Part shown: positions 13,315 through 27,641 of the stretch, one piece after another
Layout: each line of letters opens with the position of its first letter
Position numbering within the stretch: position 1 is the first letter of the stretch
Assembly (NCBI RefSeq): GCF_006345805.1
Contig: NC_043002.1
Coordinates: 106,640,001 to 106,704,000, forward strand
Length of the DNA: 64,000 bases
From: Octopus sinensis
Lineage: Eukaryota
Reading direction: 5' to 3'
Translations under genes and position numbers: made by a program
Notes under the pieces: model-generated
Databases searched by the model: none
Seen by the model: only the letters and a program-made list of their open reading frames with translations
What the model was told of the DNA's origin: nothing

Positions 13315-13864
13315 TATATATATACATGAAATTGTCTATCCTTCTATCAATCAATCAATCTATCTATGCGTGTGCACATATTTGTGTTTATATACACCAG
13401 TATAAATTGGTGTAAATACTTCGTCGTGTTTTAAGCCTAGAAAAGGTAGATAACTCGGTAAACGGGACATAATTCTTGTACGTCTTAACCATATGTCAGA
13501 TTTAGTTTAATAAAACGAGCCCATTGAAGGTGATGCTGGTAGTGGAAGTGATAGCAGACGATAATTGTTAATGGGAAGGTGTCCTTTTTTTATTTTCGTT
13601 TTGTGCAGTATTATACAGCGGTTCGCCCTCCGAGATTCGTTAGCACAACGGGAAAAATGCTTAGCGTCATTTCTTCCAACTTTGCATTCTGAGTTCAAAT
13701 TCCGCCGGGGTTGACTTTGCTTTTCATCCTTTTGGGGTTGATAAAGTAAGTACCAGTTGATTCACCCCTACCCACAAATCGCTGGCATTGTGCCACAAAT
13801 TTCCAACTTTTCTGGAGAATGAGATGCTGTGAATGCTCTCCCATAGCCTTACAGCGCAATAGTG

Positions 13865-13898
<34 letters not shown>

Positions 13899-13909
13899 TA
13901 TATGAGTGT

Positions 13910-13965
<56 letters not shown>

Positions 13966-14229
13966 AGAAACTACCCTAGCTCTTGACTGGTACATTTTAC
14001 TCATTAATCCCGAATGAGTGAAAGAGAAAAGAGAAGAAAAAGACGAGTTTAAAAAGAAATCGGAGCTGAAGAGTTAGAAAGTGGAGGGAAAAGAATGATA
14101 ATGAGAAAAAGAAAAAAAAATATGAAGTGAAAAAGAGAAGCACAGAAAAGGAAGAAAAAAAGTGAAAGGAAAACAATTAGAAGACGAAGGAGCAGTAATG
14201 ATAAGAATGATGGTGACGAAGGCTGATTA

Positions 14230-15123
<894 letters not shown>

Positions 15124-16606
15124 TGAATGATAATAATAATAATAATTGCTTCTGATTGAGGCATAAGGCCTGAAATATTTGTAGGGAGGTGCATAATCGA
15201 TTAAATCGACCACAGTATTTCGCTGGTACTATGTTTTGTAATTATTTTATCACCCTCGGAAGGATGAAAGCCGATGTTGACCTCGGCACGTAATAACGAG
15301 GGAATGTCTGATTGCTTGACCTGCTGGAAATAGCAGCCAAGTGTCTCTCAAATTGCACATTAATGTCACTTTGGACAGTGTAGTCCTAATAGACAATAGT
15401 TGTAGATGAAGCTCCTCTGAAATATAAGGTTTGGTTGTTTCATCAGAACCGACGGGGTTAAATGATGATGGTGATGACTTCTAACATAGAATCATTAAGA
15501 GGGGAGAAGAAGGGGTGAGTGGATTAAACAGACTTCAGTATTTGACTGGTACTTAATTTGTATTGACTGAAGAGAGGAGAATGGAAAGCAAGTCCACTAC
15601 AACAAGTACTATGAATGTAACGTGTAGGTGTTGGTCGATTGATTTCGACTGCAATAAATTACTGGTATTCGTTGATACACGGGATGGGGTTGGGTGCTTA
15701 GGGTGAAGTCGATTATGGCGATGTTTGTAACCAGATCTGCTTAAGTGGAAATAAAGTTATAATGTAATTTAGGCTCAGCATTCTGACTGCGACTACGTGG
15801 TCGTATGACTAGCTAGAAAAGGTAGGCAAACTAATGTCCAGTTACACCCTACTGTCTTTGAAACAACGACACATCCGATAATGTTGATCCGGGTAGACTA
15901 TGTCGTTTGGTCATTCTGTTTGATCATGGCCATTTTGGGCCTAAAGACTTGGGTTTTGATGATTATAGGACAAGGGGATTGTGTTATGTCGTGATGCTGA
16001 ATCACGAAGGACTGTAACCGGATATTTACCCGGACATCCAATAATAATGATAATAGTTATTTTTATTTGTCACTGCTCTGAAGTTTGTATGCGGAAGGGT
16101 GGTATTGTCGAGCGAATGAAATGGCTACTGTTTTAGTAGTACTTCTATGATTAAATTTGTACTGGATAGAGTAAAGAAGATAAAAAAAAATTGAGCTTAT
16201 CCATTGCAGGATTTGAACTCATATCTGCGGGGTACTGAGAATGGAATAGTCCGGTGTACTGTCCGTATCATCAGAACATCGTCATCACCCCTACTACAAC
16301 ATATACAGATAATCATACAGGGGAAAACTATACGATCTGTCTCCTAGAAATAACAGCTAAATCACCCTAAAGTCAAATCCCAACTTATTAAACAAAATAA
16401 GGGCTCATGGCATACAGTATGTCTTATATACACACGTAAAAAAAGGAAAGAAAAAACAAAAACAACTTCATAGTTGTTAGGCTTTTGATCATATCTTGAC
16501 CAAGGTTGACCTGCGGCTAAAAAACATATATTAGGCAATGCCTTCTGCGATCCGGTTTCGATTTTGCCTTGAAATCCTGAAATCCTTTCTGTTAGTAAAA
16601 TTAGCA

Positions 16607-16670
<64 letters not shown>

Positions 16671-18059
16671 CTTATAGTGATAACAAGCCTGCAGTTGCGC
16701 CCACGCCACATCTCCATATTTGTTGTAGACTTGGGCCCAATTCATCATCTTGTCGGATTTGTGTGTTTGAGTATCAAGAACCTGTTTAGATCAGGTTGTA
16801 ATGACGATCTAAGTTAGTGCGGTAGATGTTCAGTTCTAATTGTTGTATATAATAATAATAATAATAATAATGTATGGGTGTTGTATGTTACTCATAAAGG
16901 GGGAGGAAAGAACGGGGTCCATAGCTCCTTTTTGTAGTAAATAATACTCGTGTGTGAAGCTCATATACTAAAAATATATTTTAAAAAATTATCAAATTTC
17001 ACACGTAAACACAAGCATACATTTATACGCACATTATGTATATATATATATATGAATGTCTATAAGTATATATGGTAAATATGTATGTGTATATATGTAT
17101 ATATACGTGTTTTGTCTGTGGGTTGTGCCCTTGTATATACAAATATTTCTATAGACATTGAGTCATCTATGTTGTCATTGAAATATATATTAAATATAAA
17201 AAATGGCAGCCTATAATTATGCACTCTTTATCATACTGGATATATATATATATATATATATAAAGCTAGGGTCAACGATATTCTGCCTGGGTGTATATGT
17301 TTACAGAGCGATAGATGTAGAATTAAAACCTCACTTCATTTCTTCGTTTTTCGCCCAAAATTTACTACACATTTTTGCTTTCTGTATTGATATTATATTA
17401 CACACGTGTGCATGATAAACGTCTTGAGGGTACGTTGTAGAGATGTGTAACTTATCTGACATAGCTGTGTGTTATTGTAATAAATTACACCGTAGAATAT
17501 ATGGTGTACTATATTATTCCAGCAGCATGTTGTAACGAGACAGCCATTGTATAAACGCACAGAAGAGGAGAATGGGTAACACGATATCATCATTAGGACT
17601 GATATTCAGCTCCATGTCAGCGTTGAACAGGCAGACTTGTGATCATCCCTTTTGTTTTTTTTTCTTTTTAAGCCTACGTTATCCAACGTCTTCCTTTTAA
17701 AGGCATGTTAAATGTAATTCCAGGGAGATTTGGCTGTTATTTCTAGCAGGAGAACGACTACATACAGGCTTCGTTCATTGGGTCGTTTTTTTCTTCTTGT
17801 TAATTGTAGTAATGTGCTATGAAGGAGATTTGGTTGCTACTTCTAGAATCTTGATTGACTACTTTGGTTCATTCTCATTTTATGTTAGTCATGGGAAAAG
17901 GGTCAGTGTTATGACCTTTTCAACCCACCCCCATCTGATAGGTGAGAGTAATGTAGTTGAGGAAGTCCAATCTGAAGGTCAATGTATCTGCAAGAATCCG
18001 TCTAATTATAGTGATTGACACGGAGTGAATTCTGCCAAAGGCACTCAAAGATTGCTGTG

Positions 18060-18480
18060 GTTATTATCACCATCATAACTTTCATTTTTCCATGCTTGCA
18101 TGAGTCAGACGGACTTTGAGACAGATTTTTTATGGCCAGCTGCCCTTCCTGTTGCCAGCCCTCATCTGTTTCCAAGCAAGTTAATATTTTCCCCATAGCC
18201 AGACATGTTTCTGCAGAATATTGGAAATGAATGACACTGCTTGTTGGATGGTGACACTCAGTTACAACTATCATGTGATGTCGAGATGGAGGAGGAGGGG
18301 GAGACACATACACATATATGACTGGTTTCTTTCAGTTTCTGTTGACCAAGTCTATTCATAAGGCTTTCATCAGCCCAGAGCTATAGTAGAAGACATTTTC
18401 CCACGGTACCATGCAGTGGGCTTGAACCTGTAAATGTAGTTGGGAAGCAGGAGTCTTAACCATACAGCCACACCTATGCC
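18060..18480 (-). mobile_element. SINE with family-A head and an alternative RTE-like tail
   Basis: Head at 18320-18480; tail ends CATGCAAGCATGGAAAA. Related copies near 900-1130, 21750-22060, 40460-40830 and 41120-41470. Confidence 0.65.
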
Positions 18481-18784
18481 TGTGTGGTGTGTTTAAGAAT
18501 TTTATGGCATGGAATATTATGTTGTCATTAGTACAAAACTTGACTGTGAATTATCTAAAAGATGACAGCCCTTAGGGAGTTGATTTCAGTTCCTACTTCT
18601 CTAATATCTCTTGTAACATTGATGTACAGTTTGAGGGGGGGGGTGCGGGTTTACACAATATGCTTAATGAGAGGTAGGTGCGCTGGGTAGTGTTGTATGA
18701 AAGTGTTATGCAGCTAACTAGTTCTGATGAGTAGAGGCTATTGTAGTAGTGGTCGAAGAGGCAGAGTGAGCAAAGAATATGAAA

Positions 18785-19241
18785 GGCGGTGAGCTGGCAG
18801 AAACGTTAGCATGCCGGGCGAAATGTGTAGCCGTATTTTGTCTGCCGTTACGTTCTGAGTTCAAATTCCGCCGAGGTCGACTTTGCCTTTCATCCTTCGG
18901 GGTCGATAAATTAAGTACCTATTTCTTTATTACCCACAAGGGGCTAAACACAGAGTGGACAAACAAGGACAGACATAGGTATTAAGTCGATTACATTGAC
19001 CCCAGTGTGCAACTGGTACTTAATTTATTGACCCCGAAAGGATGAAAGGCTAAGTCGACCTCGGCGGAATTTGAACTCACAACGTAACGACAGACGAAAT
19101 ACGGCTACGCATTTCCTGCGTGCTAATGTTTCTGCCAGCTCGCCGCCTTAAGTACCAGTTACGCACTGGGGTCAATGTAATCGACTTAATCCATTTGTTT
19201 GTCCCCTCTGTGTTTAGCCCCTTCTGGGTAGTAAAGAAATA
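18785..19241. mobile_element. SINE family B copy containing an inverted family B copy (18920-19147)
   Basis: GGCGGCGAGCTGGCAG head; GAGTTCAAATTCC B box; central GGTCGACTTTGCCTTTCATCC..GGGGTCGATAAA..AGTACCAG domain. 9-bp TSD TTAAGTACC at 18911 and 19148. Confidence 0.9.
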
Positions 19242-19599
19242 AATATGTTTCTGGCTTGTGGTTGGAGTGTGTTGGTGAATTAGGCCTTGTTAATCATCCC
19301 GATGGCCTTCTTTTGCATGCTGTCTTGGAATCTTTTGTTTGTAGCAGCAGTATTGTTACAGGTGTGTGTGTAGTTTTCCATGTGTTTCACTTGCACTTTC
19401 TAAAGAGCTGTCAGTTTGGGGCTGAAGTATTTTCTGTACTTGAGGAGGAATTTGGGTTTTTGGAATGTAGTTTTTGTTGGGTTACTTTGAAAGATCATTA
19501 TTAATTGTGATGTTTAGCATTTGTGGTAAGTTTGGAGGTTTTAATTGCATGTTATCCCAGATTATTTTCTTGATATACTGCAATATCCGTATCCTAGCT

Positions 19600-19840
19600 G
19601 TGTGAAAGGGTTCAAGATTGTCATGTCCTAAGTGGGGAGGGTTTTTAAGGCCTCTGTTTATGAAGGTTGAACTTGAAATATCTAGGTAGCATGTGGATGA
19701 TGTTTGTGTGTTGGTTAAGAGTGAGGGAAGTCAAGTTTCGTTTATATAAAAGTGAGGAATGACAGTAAGTTGTTAATGCATGTGGACCACATAATGAAGC
19801 CTTGGAGCACAAAGTTAGGATGTGGGTCAGAGAAATCCCC
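19600..19840 (+). mobile_element. Possible highly decayed Penelope-like RT fragment
   Basis: R*HVDDVCVLVKSE resembles the RYVDDxFxxF motif; the rest is too decayed to read. Confidence 0.3.
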
Positions 19841-19844
19841 ATCT

Positions 19845-20995
19845 GTATATGCTGCAATAGTTTATCTGATTGGGAGTTTTCAACCTAAGAAAAGACAGTT
19901 TGATGAAGTGTATAGGTGACAGTTTAGCTTGGAGATAGTGTGCAAGAGGGAAGACTGTGCTGGCATGGCCGTGTGATGTGGATGGATGAAGACAGATGTA
20001 TAAAGAAGTGCTGGTCACTAAACATGAATGGAAAAGCGATGTGGTGGACAATGAAAAACCTGACTGATGACAGTCAAGGCTGATCTGGAACCCAACCTAG
20101 GCCCCCATGTCTACAGTGTTCACCGCTGGAATAGGGAGTGGTTGGAGATCATGCGGTTGTTAGCCTCAAATCGCCAGGCCTGGTCAGCGTTTGTGAGAGA
20201 TGCAGCATTGAGGATGAATGAAGCTAGCTCAACCCACCCCAGGTAAATGCTGTTTCAAAACAAGAAGACAAGACATGAATGGAACCTGTGGAAGAGGGAG
20301 ACCAGGAAGATGTGGGATAAAATGAAGACTAACCTCAACATGTTGAGCCTCATGGAGGACATGACAAAGGATCAAGACGAATGGTGATATACTGTGCTTG
20401 ATAAGCCTGCTCCTTCAACTAATCTTCTCACCGTGGCTCTACTCGCTCCGCTGCTGTAAATGCTCCACTTCACATTGTATCTCTACTACTGTCCTGTTTC
20501 ACCTCCTCCCCCCCAACTGATATTTCTGTGTTCACCTGAATCCCCATTTCCAATTATACACACTCTTTTTACACTCTGCTGCATTTACCTATCCATTCAC
20601 CTTTTCTACACCTCTATCTCTATTCTCTTTCTCATATTCACCTTGTACTTTTAAGGTATGCCCTCACTGTTTTTCTCTCTTTTTCAAACTGGAGAAGCTG
20701 TGTATTCACCCCTCCAGCAAGACACCACTCCCTCTGTTATACTTTTACACTCCTCCTCATTACTTTACCCTGTTCAGTTGAGGGGGTCTGGTCTTGTGAT
20801 TATTTGGTGATCTCACAAGTGCTGCTGCCACAGAAAAAGCAAACAGTCCACTCTCTAAAGTGGATGGCATTAAGAAGGACACCCAGCTGTAGAAACCATG
20901 TTAAAGCAGATATTGGAGAGCCTGGTGCCGTCCTCTGGCTCATTGGTTCCTATCAAGCTAACTTTTGTCGACATTGAAAAAGGAATGTTAAATAA
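19845..20995 (+). mobile_element. Decayed RTE 3' end with pyrimidine-rich 3' UTR, interrupted at about 20051-20270
   Basis: WHGRVMWMDEDRCIKKC, a decayed RGRP.K.WD motif and MTKDQDEW, followed by a CT-rich tract and the shared terminal segment. Confidence 0.6.
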
Positions 20996-21039
20996 TAAAT
21001 GTCTGTATATGTATGTGTGTGTGTATGTATTTCTATTTT

Positions 21040-21179
21040 CTGTGTATGTGTTTCTATTTTCTAATGTGTGTGTATATGTGTATCTATTTTCTAATGTGTG
21101 TGTATATGTGTATCTATTTTCTAATGTGTGTGTGTATGTGTTTCTATTTTCTAATGTGTGTGTGTATGTGTTTCTATTT
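21040..21179. repeat. 30-bp minisatellite (TGTGTGTRTATGTGTWTCTATTTTCTAATG-like), about 4-5 units
   Basis: Period-30 repeat seen directly. Confidence 0.9.
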
Positions 21180-21194
21180 ACTGAGGCAAGTTTT

Positions 21195-21736
21195 GGATCT
21201 TGACCTTTTGACCGACAGACTTAAAAAATAATTTTTTCAAACTAAACACTTTCAAATTTCGGACACTGGTAGAATGTGTCATAGAAAATATCTTTTACTC
21301 CTAGTGTTTTTGAGAAAAGCTTATATTTGGGAAGTTATTTCACATTAAAGTTCTCGTATTTCGGTAATTTCAACCAATCAATGACGTGTATTCAGCTGAA
21401 TAAAATTACTGCTGTTGTTTGTCAACAACAACTTCTGGCGGTGTATATTTCGTTTGTCACTGTTATTTATGACAACCAAAACCCTAACACCGCCGGAAGT
21501 TGTTGTTGACAAACAACAGCAGTAATTTTATTCAGCTGAATACACGTCATTGATTGGTTGAAATTACCGAAATACGAGAACTTTAGCATGAAATAACTCC
21601 CTAAATATAAGCTTTTCTCAAAAACGCTTAGAGAAAAAGATATTTTATATGACACATTCTACTAATGTCCGAAGTTTGAAAGTGTTTAGTTACAAAAAAT
21701 TATTTTTTAAATCTGTTGGTCAAAAGGTCAAGATCC
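21195..21736. mobile_element. Foldback MITE, Merlin-like
   Basis: ~250-bp inverted arms starting GGATCTTGACC; short spacer; 8-bp TSD CAAGTTTT/CAGGTTTT. GG termini with an 8-bp TSD fit the Merlin superfamily. Confidence 0.8.
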
Positions 21737-22078
21737 CAGGTTTTTGTAAGGCTGGATGTCCTTTCTGCCACCGCCCTTCCCCTTTTTTCCAGCAAGGTAA
21801 TATTTTGCCATGGCCAGACATGTTTTCACAGAACATTGGAAATGATTGCCATTCATTTACAATAATTCTTGCTATGTCACCACAAGAGTGCATACATGCA
21901 CACGTGATGGGCTTCTTTCAGTTTCTGTCTACAACATTCACTCACAAGGCTTTGATTGAGGATCTTATAGAAGACCTTTGCCCAAGGTGCCACACAATGA
22001 GGCTGAACTTGGAACCATGTGGTTGGGAAGCAGACTTCTTAACCACACAGCCATGCCTGCATATATGTGTATATGTAG

Positions 22079-22471
22079 GCACAAGAGTGGCTGTGTGGTA
22101 AGTAGTTTGCTTACCAACCACATGGTCCCGGGTTCAGCCCCACTGCATGGCACCTGTCTTCTACTATAGCGTTGAGCCGACCAAAGCCTTGTGAGTGGAA
22201 TTGGTAGACGGAAAGTGGAAGAAGCCCATCGTATATGTATATATATGTGTATGTATATGTGTGTATATATTTGTGTGTCAGTGTTTGTCCCACCAACATC
22301 ACTTGACAACCGATGCTGGTGTGTTTACATCCCCGTAATTTAGCGGTTCAGCAAAAGAGACCTATAGAATAAGTACTAGGCTTACAAAGAATAAGCTCTG
22401 GGGTTGATTTGCTCGACTAAAGGCGGTACTCCACCATGGCTGCAGTCAAATGACTGAAACAATTAAAAGAG
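22079..22471 (+). mobile_element. SINE family A, full length, head-to-head with a minus copy at 21750-22060
   Basis: Same head, microsatellite and tail as the 4280 copy. Confidence 0.88.
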
Positions 22472-23139
22472 TATCTATATTTATGTATATAGTTCTTACC
22501 TTACCGCCATACTGATATCTCCATCAACCGCACTCCACTCTTGTTCATTACTCAATACATTTGTCTCTATTCATATTTCTTCCCTCAAACTCTTATGAAA
22601 CCACCCCTTCTCCACTTCCTTTAGGTACCCCATTACTACCATCTTTATCTTCTCTTCTGCTACTACTACTCATCCTTATATAGTGTTGGGTAACCATGTA
22701 TCTCCTCCTCCATGGCAAGACACTGTGCTTCTCCCTCTCAGCACCTGGCATAAAGCCACTTTCCCCTCCTTAATATTTCCCCTGGATGGAGGGGCTTTTT
22801 CCTTTCCCTGTTCTTTTTCTGTCTTCAACCTGCTTGGTGACCTCACAACTGCTGGTGGTATAAATAAAAGCATCCTGTACATATTTTGCGATGGTTGGCA
22901 TTAGGAAGGGCATCCAGCTGTAGAAAGGGTGTCAAAGCTGACATAGGAGTTCTTTGTGTACCTGGGGCTTGCCAGATCATTTTAAACCATTGATCCCATG
23001 CCAGCATTGAAAGCAGATATTAAAGGAAGATGATGATAGGAAGGGCATAAGGGGCATTAGGAAGGGCATCCAGCTGTAGAAACTCTGCCAGATCTTTACT
23101 ACTCTAGGCACAAGGCCCGGAATTTGGGGGGAAGGGGCC

Positions 23140-23300
23140 ATTTGATTAGATCGACCCCAGTACACAACTGGTACTTAATTTATTGACCCCGAAAGGATGA
23201 AAGGCAAAGTCGACCTCGGTGGAATTTGAACTCAGAACATAAACAAAATACTGCTTAGTATTTCACCTGGTATTCTAACGTTTCTGCCAGCTCACCACCT
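23140..23300 (-). mobile_element. SINE family B copy
   Basis: Reverse complement of the family B head and central domain. Confidence 0.8.
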
Positions 23301-24035
23301 TCATATACCTATTTTCATTTGATATCCGTTTTCCAAGCTGGTATGAGTTGGATAGTTTGACAGGTTCCAGCAACCCTCAGCGCTGTGTTGAGCTCCATTG
23401 TCACCTTTGGTGTGGTTTCTATGGTTGGATGCCTTTCCTAATGACAGCCATCTCACAGTGTGTGTACTGGGCCCTATTTTCTGCCACTGAAACTAGTGAG
23501 GCCACCAAGTTAACATGCAACACAGGAGAAGAGCATTGAAAGGAAGAAAAACCGTCAACTAGGTGTGAGAGGAGTATTTGGGAGGGGCAGGTAGCTTTAT
23601 GCTAGGTGGTATGATAAGAGAGGAGTCACTTCACATATGAGGGTCGATGGGAGTAAATAGGAAGATGAAGATGATAATGATGGGATGTCAAAGTAAATCC
23701 TAAAGGAGCAGGTGGGTGAGCATAAGAGAAATTATAGACAGTGGATTAGGAGGGGGAAGAAAGGGCGGGCAGTTTTTATAAGAGTGTGAGGAGAGAGTAA
23801 CAGATGGTTAGCGATGGGAGTAATGGTAAATGTAGTGAGTGGTAAACAAAGGTGGAAGTGCTGCAGTTGATGGGAAATGAATAATGGGTAAGGTGGGAGA
23901 GATGCAAGTTGTCAAGGGATGATAGATCGAGAAGTCAAGGGATGATGTAGATATACTACATAAGTGTAGCTATAGTGAGTGGGACATGGTGGGGGATGTG
24001 AGAAAGCATTTAAAATGATGATAGATATATAAGAA

Positions 24036-24266
24036 GGCGGCGAGCTGGCAGAAACGTTAGCATGCCGGGCGAAATGCTTAGCAGTATTTCGTCTGCTGTT
24101 ACGTAGTGAGTTCAAATTCCGCCGAGGTCGACTTTGCCTTTCATTCTTTCGAGGTCGATAAATTAAGTACCAGTTACGCACTGGGGTCGGTGTAATCGAC
24201 TTAATCCCTTTATCTGTCCTTGTTTGACCCCTCTGTGTTTAGCCCCTTGTGGGTAGTAAAGAAATA
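24036..24266 (+). mobile_element. SINE family B, full length, inserted in a minus-strand RTE 3' UTR (23310-24370)
   Basis: Complete head-to-tail match to the other B copies; ATATATAAGA on both flanks. Confidence 0.88.
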
Positions 24267-24409
24267 TATATATATAAGATGAAGCAGAGGAGAGGTAGAG
24301 GTAAGTGAAGACACAGAAAGGAGGTGGCCAGTGAAAATAGTGTGGGAGGGATGCGAATGAGGGAAGGAAGTGGTTGCATTAACCTATGGTGAGTTGTGCA
24401 TTCTCAAGC

Positions 24410-25020
24410 ATCAAGGTGAGAATGTAGTCAACCTGGCTTGTGTGCCCACCAGATTGATAGGTAGTTAAGTGGTTAGCTGGTTTCTTGAAGTTAGTGTTGC
24501 AGATCAAGTCATTTGTATCACAGGATTCCAGCAGCCTTGTTCCCTCCACATTTCTAGAATCAAAGCTGTAACCTCCATGCAAGCTATGAAATAGGTGGGA
24601 ATGCTGCTCAACATGTCCACTGAAGTCACTAACCACAATAATAAAACCTTTGTCTTTTTTCATTGGGGTAATTGGTTGAAGGGACTTTTAAAAACTGTTC
24701 TTTTGTTCATCTGCCAGTCCCGTGTGTGAAGCATATGCGAAGATAAATGTCTGTTACATTTTCCAAGATTAGTCTTAGCTTCATAACACTGTCACACACT
24801 CTGACTACTTTGATCACTTTATCAACACATTTGTCTGCCAAAAGTATATCCATCACTTAGAAGAATTTGTATCCATGTTCCTTGCCCATGAGCTGTCCAG
24901 TTGAGGTTCCCTTCCATTGTACCTCTTGCACACATCTACATGCCTTTGCACTAACATTTCAACAATGTCACCAGTCCTACATTTCTCTGTGCCAACACTG
25001 ATCATTACTGCTCTACATTT
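24410..25020 (-). mobile_element. Degenerate RTE endonuclease fragment
   Basis: SDFSGHV..HGGYSFDSRNVEGTRLLESC..DLICNTNFKK..TYQSGGHTSQVDYIL. Confidence 0.85.
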
Positions 25021-25507
25021 TTAAACTTGAAAAGAGTAAGAGGGCTGTTGGGGAACTGTTTCCAGCATCTAGGAAGAAGATTTTTGTTGACATATGACTG
25101 ATGGTAGTAGGCCCTTGTATGTATCAGTGAAACAGGTATTTACTATTCAATGAAATACAGTTTCTTTCAATCCCACAAAACTGTAAAGGACAAGTACCAG
25201 AAGCAGAGTGGTATAAGGAAGAGGAATCCTTTTTAGCCAATGGATGGCTTCTGGTGATAGTGAGGTGTATTGGTTTGCACAGTAATGAATATATATAAAA
25301 TACATATGTGCAGATTGCATTGATAACAATCTGAAGGAGGCTGTCCTGGGTTTAAAAATGGTAGTAACATTGATTCCTATGGGACAGCCATATTGATGTG
25401 ATGATCAGCATTACCTTTCGGTATAGTTACTATTTTCTTCTCTTATAGAGATTTTCTAACTATATAGAAACACACATATACACACATGAAACTGCATATA
25501 TATATAT

Positions 25508-26670
25508 CATCATCATCATCATCATTTAATGTCTGTTTTCTATGCTGGCATGGGTTGGACAGTTTGACTGGTGACTGGGAAGCCAGAAGGCTGCACCAGG
25601 CTCCAATCTGATTTGGCAAGGTTTCTACAGCTAGATGTCCTTCCTAATGCCAACCACTCCAAGAGTGTAGTGGGTGCTTTTTAAGTGCCACCAGCACATG
25701 AGCCAGTCAGAGGGTACTGGCATCATCCACATTCAGATGGTGCTTTTTACATGCCACCAGCATGGGAGCCTGTCAGGGGGCACAGGCATCAATCACATTC
25801 AGATGATGCATTTTACATGCCACCGGAATGGGAGCCAGTCAGGGGGGCACTGGCCACAGCTATGATTTTGGTTTGACTTGACTCAACAGGCTTTTTCAAG
25901 CATATCATATTGCCCAATGCATCAAGGGTACTTTTAAATGTTCCAGACAGGCAACACTGGCATCGGCTTGGCTGAAATCTCACTTTAGTTGCTGAGTCTT
26001 CTCAATCACAGCATATCACCAAAGGTCTCGGTCTCCTGTTGTTGTGTCTGTGAGGCCCAGCATTTGAAGGTCATGCTTCACCACCTCATCCCATGTCTTC
26101 CTGGGTCTACCTCTTCCGCAGCTTCCTTCCACAGTTAGGGCGTGACACTTTTTTATACAGCTGTCCTCATCCATGTGTAACACATGACCATACCAGTGTA
26201 GCTGTCTCTCTTGCACACCACATGTGATGCTTCTTATGTCCAACTTTTCTCTCAGGGTGCTTACACCCTGTAATGTATTCACACTGACATTACACATCCA
26301 GCAGATCATACGAGCTTCATTTCTTTCAAGCTTACGCATGTCCTCAGCAGTCATGGCCCATGTTTCACTGCCGTGTAGCATGGCAATTCACACACATGCA
26401 TCATACAGTCTACCTTTCATCTCGAGCGAGAGGCCTTTAGTTGCCAGCAGAGGTAAAAGCTTCCTAAACTTTGCCCAGGCTATTCTTATTCTAGTCACTA
26501 CACTCTCAGAGCAACCACCCCCACTACAGACTTGGTCACCTAGGTAGTGGAAGCTATTAACTACTTCTAGTTTTCCCTCCCCTGCATATGATGGAATCTG
26601 TTTTCTGTACATCTTCAGTGTTTATTACCCCTATGCTTCTGCCACACACAAAAGCTATCTTCCTGGTTAA
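25508..26670 (-). mobile_element. RTE LINE 3' portion (RT C-terminus and repeat-bearing 3' UTR)
   Basis: FHYLGDQV..RIRIAWAKFRKL..KGRLYDACV and LHGSETWAMT..GRGRPRKTWDEVV..DRDLW; (GAT)n tail. Confidence 0.92.
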
Positions 26671-26702
26671 CTCTCCTAGCTGAGAGTATTTTGTCTTACA
26701 GG

Positions 26703-26862
26703 TAGGGCTGTGGAGTCAGAGTCAGAAACAATTAAGGGGTAGCTGGAGTCAGAATCAGAGTCAGTAAAATAGACCACAATCATTTAATTACATAGAGGAG
26801 TCAGAGTCGGAGGTGCTAATCGTAGAGGAGTTGAAGTTCTTTGTTTTGACTCCACAGCCCTG
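26703..26862. mobile_element. 160-bp hAT-like MITE
   Basis: TIR (T/C)AGGGCTGTGGAGTC; internal GAGTC repeats; perfect 8-bp TSD CTTACAGG at 26695 and 26863. Confidence 0.85.
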
Positions 26863-27154
26863 CTTACAGGTGCCAGTGCCACATAAAATGCACTCGTGCT
26901 CATGTCACATAAAATGCACTTATACCGGTGCCATATGCACTCGTGCTGGTGCCATGTAAAATGCAACCATGCCAGTGCCATATTAAAAGCATGCAGTTCA
27001 CTCCTTGAAGTGGTTGCTGTTAGGAAGAGCATCCACTCGTAGAAACCATGCCAAAACAGACAATTGGAGCCTGAACAGCTCTCCAGCTGGCTAATTCTTA
27101 CCAAACCGTCCAACCCATGCCAGCATGGAAAACAGACGTTAAATGATGATGTAT

Positions 27155-27545
27155 ACTCTTTACCCTTTTACTTGTTTCGGTCATTTGACTGTGGCCATGC
27201 TGGAGCACCACCTTTAGTCAAAGAAATTGACCCCAGGACTTATTATTTGTTAGCCTAGTACTTATTCTATCGGTCTCTTTTGCCGAACTGTTAAGTTACG
27301 GGGACATAAACACACCAGCATCGGTTGTTAAGCGATGTTGGGGGACAAACACATACACAAAAATATACACACACACATATATATATACCTATATATGCCG
27401 GGCTTCTTTCAGTTTCTGTCTACCAAATCCACTCACAAGGCTTTGGTCAGCCCGAGGCTATAGTAGAAGACACTTGCCCAAGGTGCCACGCAGTGGGACT
27501 GAACCCTGAACCATGTGGTTGGTAAGCAAGCTATTTACCACACAT
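27155..27545 (-). mobile_element. SINE family A, full length
   Basis: Reverse complement of family A. Confidence 0.88.
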
Positions 27546-27641
27546 ACACTCCTTTATATATATTTGTCCCATGCAAGCTTAGAAAAGTGGTCATTAAAAG
27601 TTGATGTGTGTATATGTAAACGTGTGTGTGTGTGTGTGCAC

